Shown here: one piece after another, positions 36,176 through 49,680 of the stretch
Numbering within the stretch: position 1 is the first letter of the stretch
Layout: the number at the start of each line of letters is the position of its first letter
Assembly (NCBI GenBank): GCA_976551045.1
Contig: CDPCPM010000281.1
Span: 2,852,001 to 2,916,000 of the forward strand
Direction of reading: 5' to 3'
From: Glaucostegus cemiculus
Taxonomy: Eukaryota
Length of the DNA: 64,000 nt
Notes under the pieces: model-generated
Database searches by the model: none
Told to the model about the DNA's origin: nothing
The model's input: the letters and a program-made list of their open reading frames with translations, nothing else
Made by a program: the position numbers and the translations under genes

Positions 36176-37583
36176 TACTGTGGGGACCCTCAGTTGTCTG
36201 ATTCAAGTTAATGGAATCACATTTTAGAAGCAGAGTAGATCATGCAGACATTGTATATTGTGACTTTAGTACTACTAGTCAGAAATGATTTTCCAGGCAT
36301 TGGTATTTATCCAAGACCTCCTTCAGTGGACTCTGTGAGGATACTTAATTCAAGGCTCTTTAGGACTTCCTGTGCATCTCATAAACAAGAAGTTACCATG
36401 ATATCTCTGCCATTATGTCAAGCAGGGACCACGAGGGAACATGCAGATCCTTCCTTCAACGAAGGTTACAAACAAAAACTGCTCAATGTTGAGTTCCTGA
36501 TAAGTAGACTAACTAGTCAGTTGTCTTTTTGTTTGTGGAATTTTGGTGAATGTGAAGTGGCTTCAGTGTTTTTCTACGTAACAGCAATGATATCAAGGTA
36601 ATTTGTTGATTATGAGATGCATAGGATGTTTCAGAGAGACTTGATGGATGCATGTTCTTTCTGTGGGTTTAAAGAATTAAGTACTGAGAGACAGACATGA
36701 TCCAGCTTCACAAAATAGCCACTTGTTTGAGTATTCATTATCTTGTATTGAGGTAATTGTACATGTCTCTAGAATGCTGCACCAGCAGTGTTTCTAGTGA
36801 CTCGAGCTCCTAATTTAGTGAGAGGTTTAAAGAGCAGATGATTCCTAGTGATAAGTTACTTCAGATCTCCCATAGGTTAAAAGTTAAAGTAATTTATTAC
36901 AGAAGATGGCAGTGCGATATTCTTCATATTGACAACAAACACAGGTTTGGAATGTAAAAGGCAGTCAGCGACACCTGACTTCAAGATAATTTCAGGATTG
37001 ATGGTAACATTATACTGTAGGGTCGAAGTCACATGGATTGAGAAGTAGACTAACAATATGGTAATTACAGTTTGACTTTTGATTAAAACACTTGCTGAAG
37101 TGATTAAGCCAACACGATTGCTTATCTAAACCTCTGGGGTTTAAATTGCTTTTTGTGCTTTGTGTTGTTTTTTTTTCATGTAACCCTGCTAATTTACTGA
37201 ACCATTCCTCCAAGCCCTCTTTCAATTCCCCCCCCCCCCCCCAAACTTCGGTTAGCTAGGAAATAGGATATGAGAATTGTAGTTAATTTTCATGTCTGTG
37301 AAATGGTTGCAAAGAAATAATATTCCTAGGGCAAACTGCGTAATTATAAAGATATTCTGAATGTTCCATCCGTGTTGGGACATTTTATGTGTGGCTTCAT
37401 CTATGAAATAGTGAACCTGTTTGTAGACGAACATTGGAAAGATCCAGCTGGTGGTCATCAGGTGGCCTTCATGACTGAGGAATGGTTCAAGATCGCTGAC
37501 AACCGAAACTTGAGCCACAATGTTATGCTTAAATAAATGGAAATAAAAATTGTAAAAAATCAGGGCTTTCCTTATCCATGCAG

Positions 37584-37680
37584 CACAAAAAGGACAATGG
37601 CAGAGTGGCTTCTTTGACAATGGATCCTTCATGGAAATCATGCAACCCTGGGCACAGACAGTGGTGGTAGGAAGAGCCAG
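37584..37680 (+). CDS. ACACA: ACACA exon ([33 protein letters not shown])
   Basis: atgcag|CA acceptor, AG|gtaagt donor, 97 nt, phase 1-2. Confidence 0.96.
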
Positions 37681-39819
37681 GTAAGTAATAAGATACTTCA
37701 TTATCAATTATTTTATTCCTTTCACCACCCCATTTCCACCACCCCTACCCCCCCCCCCCCCCACCCTGACAACAGCTCCATTCAAGGATATTCGTAAGAC
37801 CCAGGTGGACACATGAATTCCATCCCTATTTTTCTCTTATAAAACTGAATGGCAGTAAGCACTGAGCCCATGCACACTGGTTGTAGAGGGATATATTTGA
37901 TATCGTAGAGGTGCAAGAGGGAACCTGTTTGCATATAGTAGGGGGACATTCTGGTAAATAAGATCAGGTGTTGTGAACCTGCTCCCAAGAACTTCAAGTG
38001 GTGTGCTTGAAAAATATAAAAGGAATATAATTTCTTGTAGAAATGCAAAACCCTGTGAATGCTGGAAGTTATCCATACCCTTTGGAGTTTTGGCACAGGC
38101 TTATTAATTCCCAGTTCTTGCATCATCAGCTGGCAAGGTGCTAACAAAAATGTGGAATAAAACTCCTACCCAAATCTCAACAGAGCTATCCTTGTCTACA
38201 CTTATGTCAGTTTGTCCATTTCACAGCCAGGGATGTTTTTTCAGCAGGATTCAACCAGCTGAGGAGAGGTTTTGTGGTATATTCTCACGAGCTGGGCTAT
38301 GCCTTCACAAATTCATTTCACATAGGCTGGAAGTGTATAATTTACATCCAACATTTCAACATTGCTTTTACATTGGAAACAAGCTCTGTTTAAGCAATCA
38401 CATGGATTTGTTTCGCATAGCATAAACAAACTGGTTTTATCTATATAGGAAACATATATGTGGTAGGGTGGGGAGGAGTGGGGGTTATTTATTTGCCCCC
38501 TCTCTCAGAACAGTTATATAGCACTTACAAGAAATTGCCATTCCTTAAGTTATCAGAAACCATCGCACCGAGCTCTCCAAGATGGCCAGCAGCAACTTTT
38601 TGTGTGCACAATATCTAATGTGAAAGTGGGATTTTCTCCATTCAGTTTACTCAGTACAAAAAAACCAAATTAATGGTGCTAATAGTATTCCATTGCCCAC
38701 TATTTTACCAGGTTTTTATTACATAAATTCATAAAAGACAGAGGTTATTTGTCCCTTAAACCTGTGCTCGTTCCCCAAAAGGTATGCCAATTAATCATAC
38801 TGTCACCTTTTCTCCATTGTTTTACTAACTTTATCAAAAGGAAGTTGGAACTTCAGTTTAAAAGATAATTAATGAATCTGCTTTTCCACTTTTTCAGCCT
38901 GACTATAATTTATTTGTTGATTTTTTAAAAATAAAGCTAATTTACACTCCATCCCTGTGGCTTTTCTGCCAATTATCTGCTTAGCTTAAAGCACTTGGAA
39001 CAGCTTCTCCCCATCTAATTTACCAAATTCTCTCATTGGGCTGCGTGTTTTTTTACTGATGGTTAGGAAGAGAACTGCCAGCAAGGCTTTCTTGGAGGAA
39101 TGAAAGTAGGGATATTAGTGCAGTTCTGATGGGTGCGCCTGTGTATGGCAGGATGGAAGTTAGGATTGTGCTGGAGTTCAGATGCCCATGCATTTGACCT
39201 CCTCGTCATAGCACTGAGATCAGAAGAACTGGTTAGTCATACTGAGGGGCTAGACACCCTTCAGATCTGGCCCATCAGCTACACATCAGTTGGTGTTTGT
39301 AGCACTGCTGAGGGCAGTAGATTGAAAAGGTTATGTACAGGTAAAATGTTTTGTGTTTTGCTTCATTTGATATTAATACCTTCTAATTTATATCAAATAC
39401 ATTTTAAATACTTTTTTAATTTTAATAATGTTGGTTTGTTTTTAATTATTTAACTGTTTTCAAATACGACTGAGTTGCTAAAAGGGTATCAGGGATAGGC
39501 CCTCTGGAACCACTCCCGGAGACCTAGTCACTACTCACAAAATGCTCTGCTTCAGGATACTTTCAGCAGTGAGGCCTGGAACAATTAGATCTGCAGGGTT
39601 GTAAAGGGTTTCCAGGGCCTTGGAGGTCTCGGGCTTGGTTGAACATGATCTGGCTCATTATATTAAATCTCTCCTTTCTACATAATAGGTGCTCCCTCAT
39701 TCTGTTAAATGGGCAAAACAAAAGTGTATTGTACAAATTCATTGATTTTAATGTTGCTTGGCCATGCCTATCCAAATCACTTGAAGCCAACTGACTATTG
39801 AAGAAAAGCAAAAGGGAAG

Positions 39820-39960
39820 ATAAAAATGCTGAAATTCATAAATAAACTAAAAACTATTGGAATTGTGCAACAGTGCCATCAAGATCTGAAAGAGAATGTT
39901 AGATTTTCATTGGAGTGAGCCATTGTATGTTGTCGTTCATCAGAACAGGACATTTGCAAC
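39820..39960 (-). mobile_element. Decayed Penelope-derived element fragment
   Basis: aaatgctgaaattc...; reverse complement contains gttctgatgaa. Confidence 0.4.
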
Positions 39961-41404
39961 TTGAACAAAAGAGCAGGCACTTTCCCTCTCTCTGGAACAC
40001 TTTCATTAGATGGCACAGGCTGACTCAAACCACTTGGTTATGTGGACCTCATACTTACGAAGGAAATTCACTACTATGTTCTAAAACAGGGCTGTTGTCC
40101 AAGAATACGTTGTACAATAAATGGATGTTGACACAGGGAGCTTTTTTTATTCCACTTCTTTCCCTCCTCCCCCCACCTTCTCTTACTAAGTGGACTACTT
40201 CCTTTGCAACCCCACCAATTTCCACCTCCCTCTTACCCCCTCACCCCCCCCCCCCCCCAACTCGTACAGCCAACCACCAGCCATCATAATTTTATCCGAT
40301 TCATTTCTTGCCGCTCTTGGCTGACACTCTTCAAGGGACAGTTAAATGGATGTCCTTTTGTTTGTCATGATGAAATGATGGCAATTACCCAGATGTTTTC
40401 AATGACACGCCACTCTAAAATGCTTGAGTGGTTTTGTGTATAAATGAGGCACCAGCAAACGTGCAGAAATAGGATGAGAAACAAAAGAGATTAGAGCACT
40501 TAAATGTTGCTGTCTTTCTTAGAAGAGAAGTGTGTTTTCGTTTTGGCAGGAGTTTAGGGGAGCAAAGCTAATCGTAAATGCATTGTAAAATTTAGATAGT
40601 GCCCAAAGCACCTATTTGCCTCTGTGGGACTCAGTAGTAACAAGCCAAATGTTGTGTGAAAAGATTAACAAGCAAAGAGGTGGCCACATTAGTGAGCTCA
40701 TTGGAGCTGCAAGATTACAGTGCTTTTATTCTGTTTTGTACAATGATAGTTTACTCACTGGTGAGCACAGACCTGATCCTGACCTGTTTTGCCAACACTT
40801 CAAATAATTTGAATAAATAGTTATTCCTGCTATTTCCATATATATTTTTAACATACTGTTCTCCAAGTCTGTCAGGTTGAAATATTGAAGATTAAAAATG
40901 CAGATGTAAATTTTGCAAATGCCCAGTTGATGAATATTTCCATAAACCAGGAGACTCAGACTTTAAAGATTGAGTTGCTGATTTAAAGTGGGATTATAGC
41001 AGGTTTTTATCTCAAGGGATAATAATGAGTGGTGCATCCTGTAAACTTGAATTAATATTTGTACTGTGAATGGATCGAATTTATTTATTTTAAAAACGCA
41101 GTAGAATATGTGGGGTGCTTAGGGCAGAAACTTCGGGGAATACAGACTGCAAATCACCATTGTACAGTATTTTGTGGTATATCAAAGCACTTCCACTGAT
41201 ATCTAAATTCCTGAAAAGCTTCCTTTAAATTTCTTTTGGTCAATTCCAGGTTTAGGTTATGATCATGAAGTTAGTGAGAATGTAAAGTCAGTATAAGCAG
41301 TGGGCAATGTTGGATGCTGAATGGCAAGATCAAGCAAGCAAGGAAAGAGCTTCAATTCTTCTTCCTTTTTCCTGTGTCCTGACAAAAGACAGTACAACTG
41401 CTTC

Positions 41405-41631
41405 GGTAGGAACAAAGGACTGTAGATGCTGGAATCTGGAGGAAAGTCACAATGATGCTGGAGGAACTCAGCAGGCCAGGCAGCATCCGTGGAGGAAAGC
41501 AGGCGATCAACGTTTCAGGTCAGAACCCTGACCCAGATCCCGAAGAAGGATCCTGACCCCAGAAGTTGACTGCCTGCTTTTCTCCACGGATGCTGCCTGA
41601 CCTGCTGAGTTCCTCCAGCATCATGGTGTCT
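41405..41631. mobile_element. Young Penelope-derived hairpin element with perfect 12-bp TSD
   Basis: TACAACTGCTTC at 41393-41404 and 41632-41643; inverted arms of about 80 bp. Confidence 0.9.
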
Positions 41632-41944
41632 TACAACTGCTTCTGGTTTTTTTTCCTCTACAAAACATTTGCCTTAAGTATGGCCACCACACTCTGAATT
41701 GCCTTCCATAAATGTGCGGGTCAACGGAATCTATTCAAACATTTCACTCATTACTGTCCTCTAAAGAAGTGCCATGTGCACGTCTCATTTTCTCATTGGC
41801 AGCATAGATTTAGAGGAACCTAATGCCAGATCAGAAAAAAATATTATGAAACTCTTTGAAGCATTAAGCCAACCAAACATAGCTCCAGAAGACTACATTA
41901 GCCTATAAAGTTACACGACATGACAATGTGTGTGTGTTACCCCT

Positions 41945-42240
41945 ACCTGGGAAGTCTAGAACCAGAGGTTGGGATCTCAAAATTAGAGGTAGGCCACTTA
42001 GTTCTGAAATAAGAAAACATTTCTTCATTCAGCCATTGAAATCCAGAGGGCTGTAGAGGTTCAATTATTGAGTTCATTCATAATAGAGGTGGATAGATTT
42101 CTGGATGTTAAGAGTAAGAAGGGATGTAGGAGTAGTGCAGGAAATTAATACAGACGTAGAAGATTGGCCATAATCTTAATGAATGGCAGAGCAGCCATTT
42201 ATGCTCCTTCTAATGCTGCTTCTCTTTCTTAGGTTCTTAC
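41945..42240 (+). mobile_element. CR1 LINE 3' fragment (older subfamily)
   Basis: tctagaaccagagg..ctcaaaattagagg..ttcttcattcag..gccataatcttaatgaatggcagagcag. Confidence 0.75.
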
Positions 42241-42289
42241 CCCTTACCACCCTATTTCCTCCAAGTTTCGTCTTGTGTCTTTTGCCCCA

Positions 42290-42790
42290 TTATTAGGTCA
42301 CTGTGCTATAGGAAAGATGTGATTTGTGCTGGAGGGAGTGCAGAGGAGATTCTCTAGGATGTTGCCTGGGATGGAGCAGTAAATAAGATGAGGAGAGACT
42401 GGAGAATCTAGGTCTTTTCTCCCTGGAGTGGAGGAGGTTAGGATGGGTCATGATTGAGGTATATAAAATTATGAGGGGTGTAGAACTTTTCACCATATCA
42501 GGGGTGGATAAAGCTGGAGGACATAGGTATTAGGGTAAGGGGGAAGAGACGGAGGGGATATGAGGGGGACCACCTACACCCAGAGAGTGGTGAGTACCTA
42601 GAATGAACTGCCCGAGAGAGTGGTTGAAGCTGGGGTGCTGACAGCATTTAAGAAGTGACTAAATAAGCACTTGAAATGCTGAGGTATGGAAGGCTATGGA
42701 CCAAGTGCTAGGAAGTGGAATTAATGCAGAAGGGTGCCCAGTGGACGGGCTGGGCCGAATGGCCTGTTTCCATGCTGTATGATTCTATCA
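42290..42790 (+). mobile_element. CR1 (HER1-like) LINE 3' fragment
   Basis: ctggagggagtgcagaggagatt...gaggtatataaaattatgagggg...gggccgaatggcctgtttccatgctgtatgattctat. Confidence 0.85.
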
Positions 42791-43854
42791 TAACGGATGA
42801 ACCTGGTACCTATCTTCCATGAACAGATGAGAACCAATGTGCAGTTCCTAGTCAAACTGTGGGGAAGGCTCAACCAATCAAGCTGGTCAGCAGCAAATTT
42901 TGCAATCAGTCTAATCAACACATAAAACTAAACTCTGCTGAATATCTGTGTTATAATGTTTAATTTACACCTTTGTCTGCTTTAGTAAATCTGTCAGTAT
43001 GCTTAATGAATACTTTAATTTGTCACTGTACAGTGACTTTGTCTAGTTTAGAGCATTGTTTTGAAAGGATTGGTAGAATGTTGACGACATTCTCTTTACT
43101 GGGTCATTATGGTGATCTTGTTTTGGGATACCCTGTTGCTGTAGAATGGTTTGCCATTTGTACAAATAGAAGCGAATACACTGCATAGGAGTAGCTAAGT
43201 GACGGACATGCTGTGTTCAGTTGGGACCTTGAGGTGCATCAGTGGACTCCCCATTACCACTGAAACAATAGACTATGTCACTCAGTAAACAATCAAGCAG
43301 CCACAGGCTCAACTATTCAGGCAGTGATAGAAACTTGAATAAAGTTTTAATTTCAGTACACAAACACTTTTTTTTGTTTTTACATATTCCCTTTGCAAAT
43401 TTAAGATTCACATGTGAGTGGATAATTTCTGAGCTGTATTCAACACATTGCAATACATGCACTATCGTAATAAATACGGTGACTCACTGCATTGTTATAG
43501 AATCACTCTTCCTGCATTAGTTGTTCTTTTCTCCTCCATCCCAGCTCGTGTGGTCTGTCACCTGTAATAGCCTTCATTTTTCTGCTCTGTTAAATTGCTT
43601 TTTTCTCTCTCTATTGCAGAACGTTGTAGAGTAAAAGTTCTACTGCAATGTTATAACTACTGGTGCTGGGAAATTTACCTCCTCTTACACTATGGGGTAG
43701 ATTCCACAATGCAAGTAGGATCTTGACATTGTGCTGCTATTCTATGCAGTACCTTGGCACATACTATATTTTAAAGCTATGGTATAAAAATAAGTTGTGC
43801 AGAACGTATGGTGTAGAGCTGTTTGGCCTAGCTCGTCTAGATTGATGTCTATAC

Positions 43855-44305
43855 TTCTACAGCCTCCTTTTCCTATGAATCTCAATTCTATTTCTTTCTC
43901 CCGTGTATTTGTTTGTCTAGCTTCCTCTTAAATGTATCTGTGCTGCTCCCCTCAGCCATTCTCTGAGAAACAGGTTCCACAGTCTAACAACTCTAGGTGA
44001 AGAAGTTGCTCCTGAATTACTTATGGATTTATTGGTGATTACTTATGATACCTTGTTTCTGTCACCTGCAAAAGCTAAAACATTTTCTCTATTATCTGTT
44101 CATGCTAAGACTTATTAGGTCAGCCATCAGCCTTTCTAGAGAAAGGTATCCCAGCCTATTCAGCTTTTCCTGATGTTTATAACCTCTGAATTCCAATGAT
44201 ATCCTTGTAAATCATATCACCATCTTTTTTAATATGGAAGCAGAACCAAGCACAGTACTCAAGCACAATCCAATCAATGTTTGATAAAAGTTGAGCATAA
44301 CTCTC
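43855..44305 (-). mobile_element. CR1 LINE fragment
   Basis: Reverse-complement similarity to the CR1 3' region (ttccacagtctaacaactctaggtgaagaag; cccagcctattcagctttt; cacagtactc). Confidence 0.65.
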
Positions 44306-47156
44306 TTCAGGGCAACATAGAAACATCAGTGGTTTCCATTTTTATTTATAAGGGTACAGGCTCAAAATGGTGACAGAAGTACATCTGTGCACGCTGATTC
44401 AATTAACCCTCGGTCTTTGACCTTGCTTCACCTCATTGTTGCATTTGGTCTTGACTTTGTATGTAAGCTTGGCTGATAATCAAGCACAAAACTTATTTTT
44501 TAAAGGAACTTTGGAAAGAAGCTGCCACAATGCAGTAATCTGCAAAAGCTGTGGCTTGAAAGACTTGATCAAGTCAAGATGTTTGTTTGAAATCAAATAC
44601 AAATTAAAATTGATGTGCTTAACAATCTAAGCAAATTTTTGCAGTCACTTGTCCAGCTGCTGAATATCTTGCTATAAGCTACTCCCTCTGTATTCAGTCG
44701 TTGCCTCGGGGGGAGAAAAAAGGGTTTCTTTTCTATTGAAAACACAAGAAGGGTAAAAGAGGAAATTCCAATTGCGTCCTGCTATCCTCTATACTATATA
44801 CTGCAATTTTAACATTGTGCAGCAAAAGCAAAGTCAGAAACATCATTGCTGCAGTCAATGGGTGGTGCAAGATCTGAGAGTCATCTTCTCTTGAAACTCA
44901 CTGTATGATTGATGGATTTGCTAGTGTGTTGTGACTGGCTCAGCCCTATGAGCAAAGTGAGCAGCTTAACTGAGAATTTTACTCCCCACAAGATCCTTGT
45001 GTATATATTCTTTTTAGAAGAGTTTCTTTCACCCTCATTTTATGTGGGGTTGTGAGCGCAGGTCGATATTTATTTTTGGTTTGTCTGCAAACTGACTGTT
45101 CATCCGTTTCACGCTTTGGTGGATGACATTCATGCAAGGGCACCACCTGGTTGTAATGCCAATAAATAATCTGCAGCTAATTACAAGCGAATGCTGTGTC
45201 AGGGTATATATTATAAGGTCTAATTGGCAGACATTTCCTGCTCACATCAAAATTGACTCTTTTAAGGAGACCTAAATTGAATGGACAATACCATGGGCCA
45301 CTCCATGGGTGGTTTCAATAGCAAAGCCTTGAGCGCTGTTGGAAATCAGCGCTTTCCTCGTCTCTTTCCTCTTGGCATTGCTGTCTCTCTTGCTCTTGCT
45401 CTTTTGCTTTTTCACTCCCATTGAACAGCCTCACTTTTGTTCACCTCCCATAACATTTCTCCCTTTAATGCTTGCTGTCTGTTTCTGCCTTCGTGGTGTA
45501 CTTCAGGATGCGTTCTTGGGTTGAATCTGCTAAGTAAATATAAATCCCCGTTTTATTTAGTCCGGGAAAGGACCCAAGGTGAATGCTGACCACAAATGGC
45601 CTTCAAAGCAATTTCTCATCTGAAAGTAACACTGTAGAATAGCATTTGAATACTTTGAAAATAAAGTAATATTTCATTTACAGCAAAGTTTATATCAATA
45701 TAGCGAATTCAAGAGTGTATGTTGTATTTTCAATTTATTCTATGAAAGGATTTCATAGAATTAGTGAATGATCTGGCACCAAGCCCCTATTCAGTCCATC
45801 AAATTGTGTCATTATTTTAAAAGAGCTATTCGATTACTCTTTTGTCTCTTCTCTATTAATATATGATGGGAGTATTATTGCAGATTAATCCTGTTCACTT
45901 TTGAAAAATTATCATTGGATTTGTTACTACCACCTATTCAGATCACAAAGCGATTTGTTTAAAGAAAGAAGTCCTCAGTTTGACTCTGTTCTGCCTCAAT
46001 GAAATCTTACCCTGGTTACCCAAGTTCTGTTCATTAACGTACATCTAAAAGAACAGTGGCCCTGTGAACACCAATGTATTCGAACAACCTCTGCAAAAAC
46101 ACGTGGTCGATACAATTCTTTGCTTCCTGTGCCATCAGTCAGTTTTCTATCCATGCTACAGTTGCCCTTCAAGTACTACACTGTTACCATCCCAGTCTGT
46201 TGTGGTGGTAAACTGACATCTTTCATCAGGTACCAAGAAAAGGACAGTGCAAATGTGTGCCCACTGTTCAGTGTGGATTATGGTGGGCTGAATGGCCATT
46301 TTACATGCTGTATGTCTGTATGACTTTGACTCATATCACCACTCTACAGTTCTTGCATCTTTCCTTAACTTGCATGCAAATTGATTCTTGAAATTAGAGC
46401 CTCTCTTTGGTGTCATACAGCATTCACCCGGTAGCATACGGTTCCTATGTTATCTCTTAATTCTAATCAAAAATTCCATTGTGATCTCTCAGCCCAATGT
46501 ACCTTTCCAGCCTTATAGCATCTTATTTCTTTAATACCATTACCAAAACTATGTTTGCCTTTCTTGTCGTTCCTAGTGACCTTGCCACCATAACTATTAA
46601 CTTCGCAATACTCAACAGATTGAGTTGGGTTTCTGTTTCCAGTACATCAAATCTCTTACACCTGCAACTCATCAATTGCATTAAACTGACTATGTATTTA
46701 CGTACATGCATTTCAAGTTCATCTTCGATTACTGTTTACTCGGCCACTATCAGATCCTACCTCTCGCTGAACTATTCTGTACTCCAGTACTATCTGGTGC
46801 TGTCTTCCAGGTTTTGTGTATCCACTTTGGCGGCTCAGTATTTCATGCTAGCACCTAACTCTCTGCTCCATTAGTTTAGTCTGTTCCCAGCCATATAAAT
46901 TAACCTTCCCAGAAAGATATTGGATCAAAGTTTCTCTGGTTGCAAGTTGTCCATCTTGAATGGGTCTACCACCTCTACCTCACAACTGGCCCAGGTAACC
47001 TGGAATCTGAACCCGTGCCTCTTGCATGTATAAACACATTTCAGAGCATTATACAGCTGCACCTGGCAGTCATTTGTCATCAGTGTAGAAATTTTATCAC
47101 ATGAGATAATAATATGTCAAATGGGACTGAAGTCATTGTTTTCTTTGCTGTTTCAG

Positions 47157-47253
47157 ATTGGGTGGAATACCTGTAGGAGTAGTTGCTGTGGAAACCAGGA
47201 CAGTAGAGTTATCAATCCCAGCAGATCCTGCAAACCTGGATTCGGAAGCAAAG
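47157..47253 (+). CDS. ACACA: ACACA exon ([32 protein letters not shown])
   Basis: tttcag|A acceptor, AAG|gtaggt donor, 97 nt, phase 2-0. Confidence 0.97.
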
Positions 47254-47479
47254 GTAGGTCTTGCTGACCTCTGATGTTCTCGGAGGTCAACTGGTTTAAA
47301 TGCCATTTTCTCACAATTTGGCTTATTACAGTTTTTACATTAATGAGATGATGAAAAAGTGGAAGAGAAAGTCAGAAACGCCAAGGCATCTCATTTTAAC
47401 AAATTAGGCAGAGCCTCTTTGGAAAAGTTGTGCTTTGCAGATTATTGCCAAGTTTGATCTGAAACTTAAGCAGTGAAAA

Positions 47480-47605
47480 AAAAACTGCAGATGCTGGAAA
47501 TCTGAAATAAAACTGGAAACTACTGGAAAAGCTCATCCGGTCAGGCACCTATGGAGAGAGAATCAGAGCTAATGTTTCAGATTGATGACCCTTCATCACA
47601 ACTTG
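47480..47605 (-). mobile_element. Penelope-derived element with decayed hammerhead core
   Basis: Reverse complement reads agtt-gtgatga-agggtcatcaatct-gaaac-att-agct. Confidence 0.7.
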
Positions 47606-47734
47606 AAAGTGTTAGGATTTGGAATGAGGTATTTCAGAAGCATAAGCAGAAAGGAAAAAGAACTGGGTAGCTTGCGTTAATAAAAGGATGAGTTCACTGC
47701 AGCAATGAGGAATGGCTTTAGCTCCGTTGAATCA

Positions 47735-49680
47735 TTTTTGTATGGAAAGAAGAGTAAGAAATTGCTGGTGGGAGTAGAATGTCACCCTCCCCCTGCACAC
47801 CTTTCCACCCCCCCCCAGAAGAAAGGCAGCACTGTAGGACAGAGTACCTGCCAAGACAAAACTTAACATTATTGGAAAAGTACTACAGTAATCATGGGTG
47901 ATTTTTAATTATCTTACAAATTGGACAAATCAAATTGGCAAGGCTAGCTTTGAGGACAAGTTCACTGAATGTATCTGGGATGATTTCTTACTACAATATG
48001 TTGAGTCAACAAGGGAGCAGGATATCTTGAATATGGCATTATGTAACGAGATGGAATTAAGTAATGATCTAATAGTAAACGATCCTTCAAGAAACGGTGA
48101 CCATACCATGGGTACAGTTTCAAATTCAGTTTAACGGTGTGAAAACAATATCCTGTATCTTAATAAAAGATGTTACAGTGGCACAAGGACAGGGTTGGCT
48201 AAAATAGACTGAGAACTAGACTTAATGGTCTAGCAATGGCAGATATTTAAGGAGTTGTTTCGTAAATTTCAACAAAGATATTTTCCAGTGAGAGACAATC
48301 TATGAGAAGGGTGCACCATCGGTGGCTAACTACAGAAGTTAAGGGTGGTATCAAATTTAAAGAAAAAGTGTTTAGTGTTAGGGTTAGTGATTAGAGTATG
48401 AGTGTAAACCTGCAAATAATATCGAAACAGACAATGAGAGGTTCTACAGGTATGAAAAAAAGAATAGCTAAAGTGCACCTTGGTCCCAAAGAGGAATATA
48501 GTCCCATAGGATCTCATGTCCGAAAGGCTTAGTAATTAATAATGGAAAACAAAAAAAATGGCAGTGATTCAAAATAATTATTTTGAATTGATCGTCACAG
48601 GAGAAAGCTCTAAATATCCCCAATAATAGTCGAGGAGCTATAGGGAGGGAGGAATTTAACACAATCGCAATCTATAGAAAAGAGTACTTGGCAAAATAAT
48701 CAGACCTCTAGACCTGATCCTGGGATCTTAAAATAAGTGTCTACCGAGGTAATGGATCTGTTGGTTCTAATCTACCAAAATTTCCTGGATTCTGGTGAGA
48801 ATCCAGAGGAGTGGAAAAATATAATGCCACTTTTCAAAAAAAAGGAGACAGAAGCCAAGAAACTACAGTCCACATTTGCAATACAAAGCATCTGGGGGTC
48901 CTAGTGCATAAAATACAAAGGGGTTTGCCTGCGGGTAATTAGGAAGGCTGATGAAATGTTGCAGGGGGTATGGAATACAAAAGTGTAGAACTTCTATTTG
49001 CAACCTTACAGGACACTGGTAAGACCATGTCTGAAGTATTATTTTTTCAGGAAATATTTAAGGAATGAGAAACGTACATTGGACGTAGATCAGAAAATGT
49101 TCACTTGGATGATTTCTAGGATGAATGCATTAACAAATGAAGAAAGGTTGAACTGGCTGGTTACATACACTTAAGACTATAGAAGAAAGAAAGGTGATCT
49201 TATTGAAACAGATAAGATTGAGGGGGATTGACAGAATGAATGCTAAGAGGATGTTTCTTCTGGTGGAGGTATCCAGAACTATTGGAAATGTTACAGAATA
49301 ACAAATAATCCATTTAAGACAGATGAAGAGGGATTTTTCTCTGAGTGTCAAAGGAAGTTGAGGGGTATGAGAGAGAGTGGGAAAGTGGTCTTGAGGCCGA
49401 CACTAGATCAGAATCAGAATCATTTTTATTGTCACAACCATATACACACACACAGTATGCAGAGGAGCGAGATACCGTCCTCCACAGGTGCACGTCACAT
49501 TAAATAACAAGCAAAAGCGACACACTGACACACACTAAAAAAAACATTAAAACCACGAAAATTAAATTAAATTCAGCAGGTTAAATAAATAGATTTAAAG
49601 TGAACGAACTGGTATGATCTTACTGAATGGCAGAGTGGGCTCGGGGCTGAGTGACTCACTCCTGCCTCTTGTTCTCAAAA
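47735..49680 (+). mobile_element. Long, internally deleted, decayed CR1 LINE (APE and RT remnants); 3' end interrupted at about 49410-49610 by an antisense LINE-like tail
   Basis: VIMGDF endonuclease motif (about 47888), LLQYVESTREQDIL, PLFKK, TLVRPCLKY, CR1 tail. Confidence 0.8.

Noticed and set aside
37252-37707. 151-aa minus-strand ORF, the longest in the track
   Set aside because: Antisense shadow of an ACACA exon plus low-information intron; no coding hallmarks.
41405-41631. Interpretation as a MITE or miRNA gene
   Set aside because: Family TSDs vary in length, termini are asymmetric, and the repeat is linked to a Penelope remnant; no evidence for a defined miRNA.
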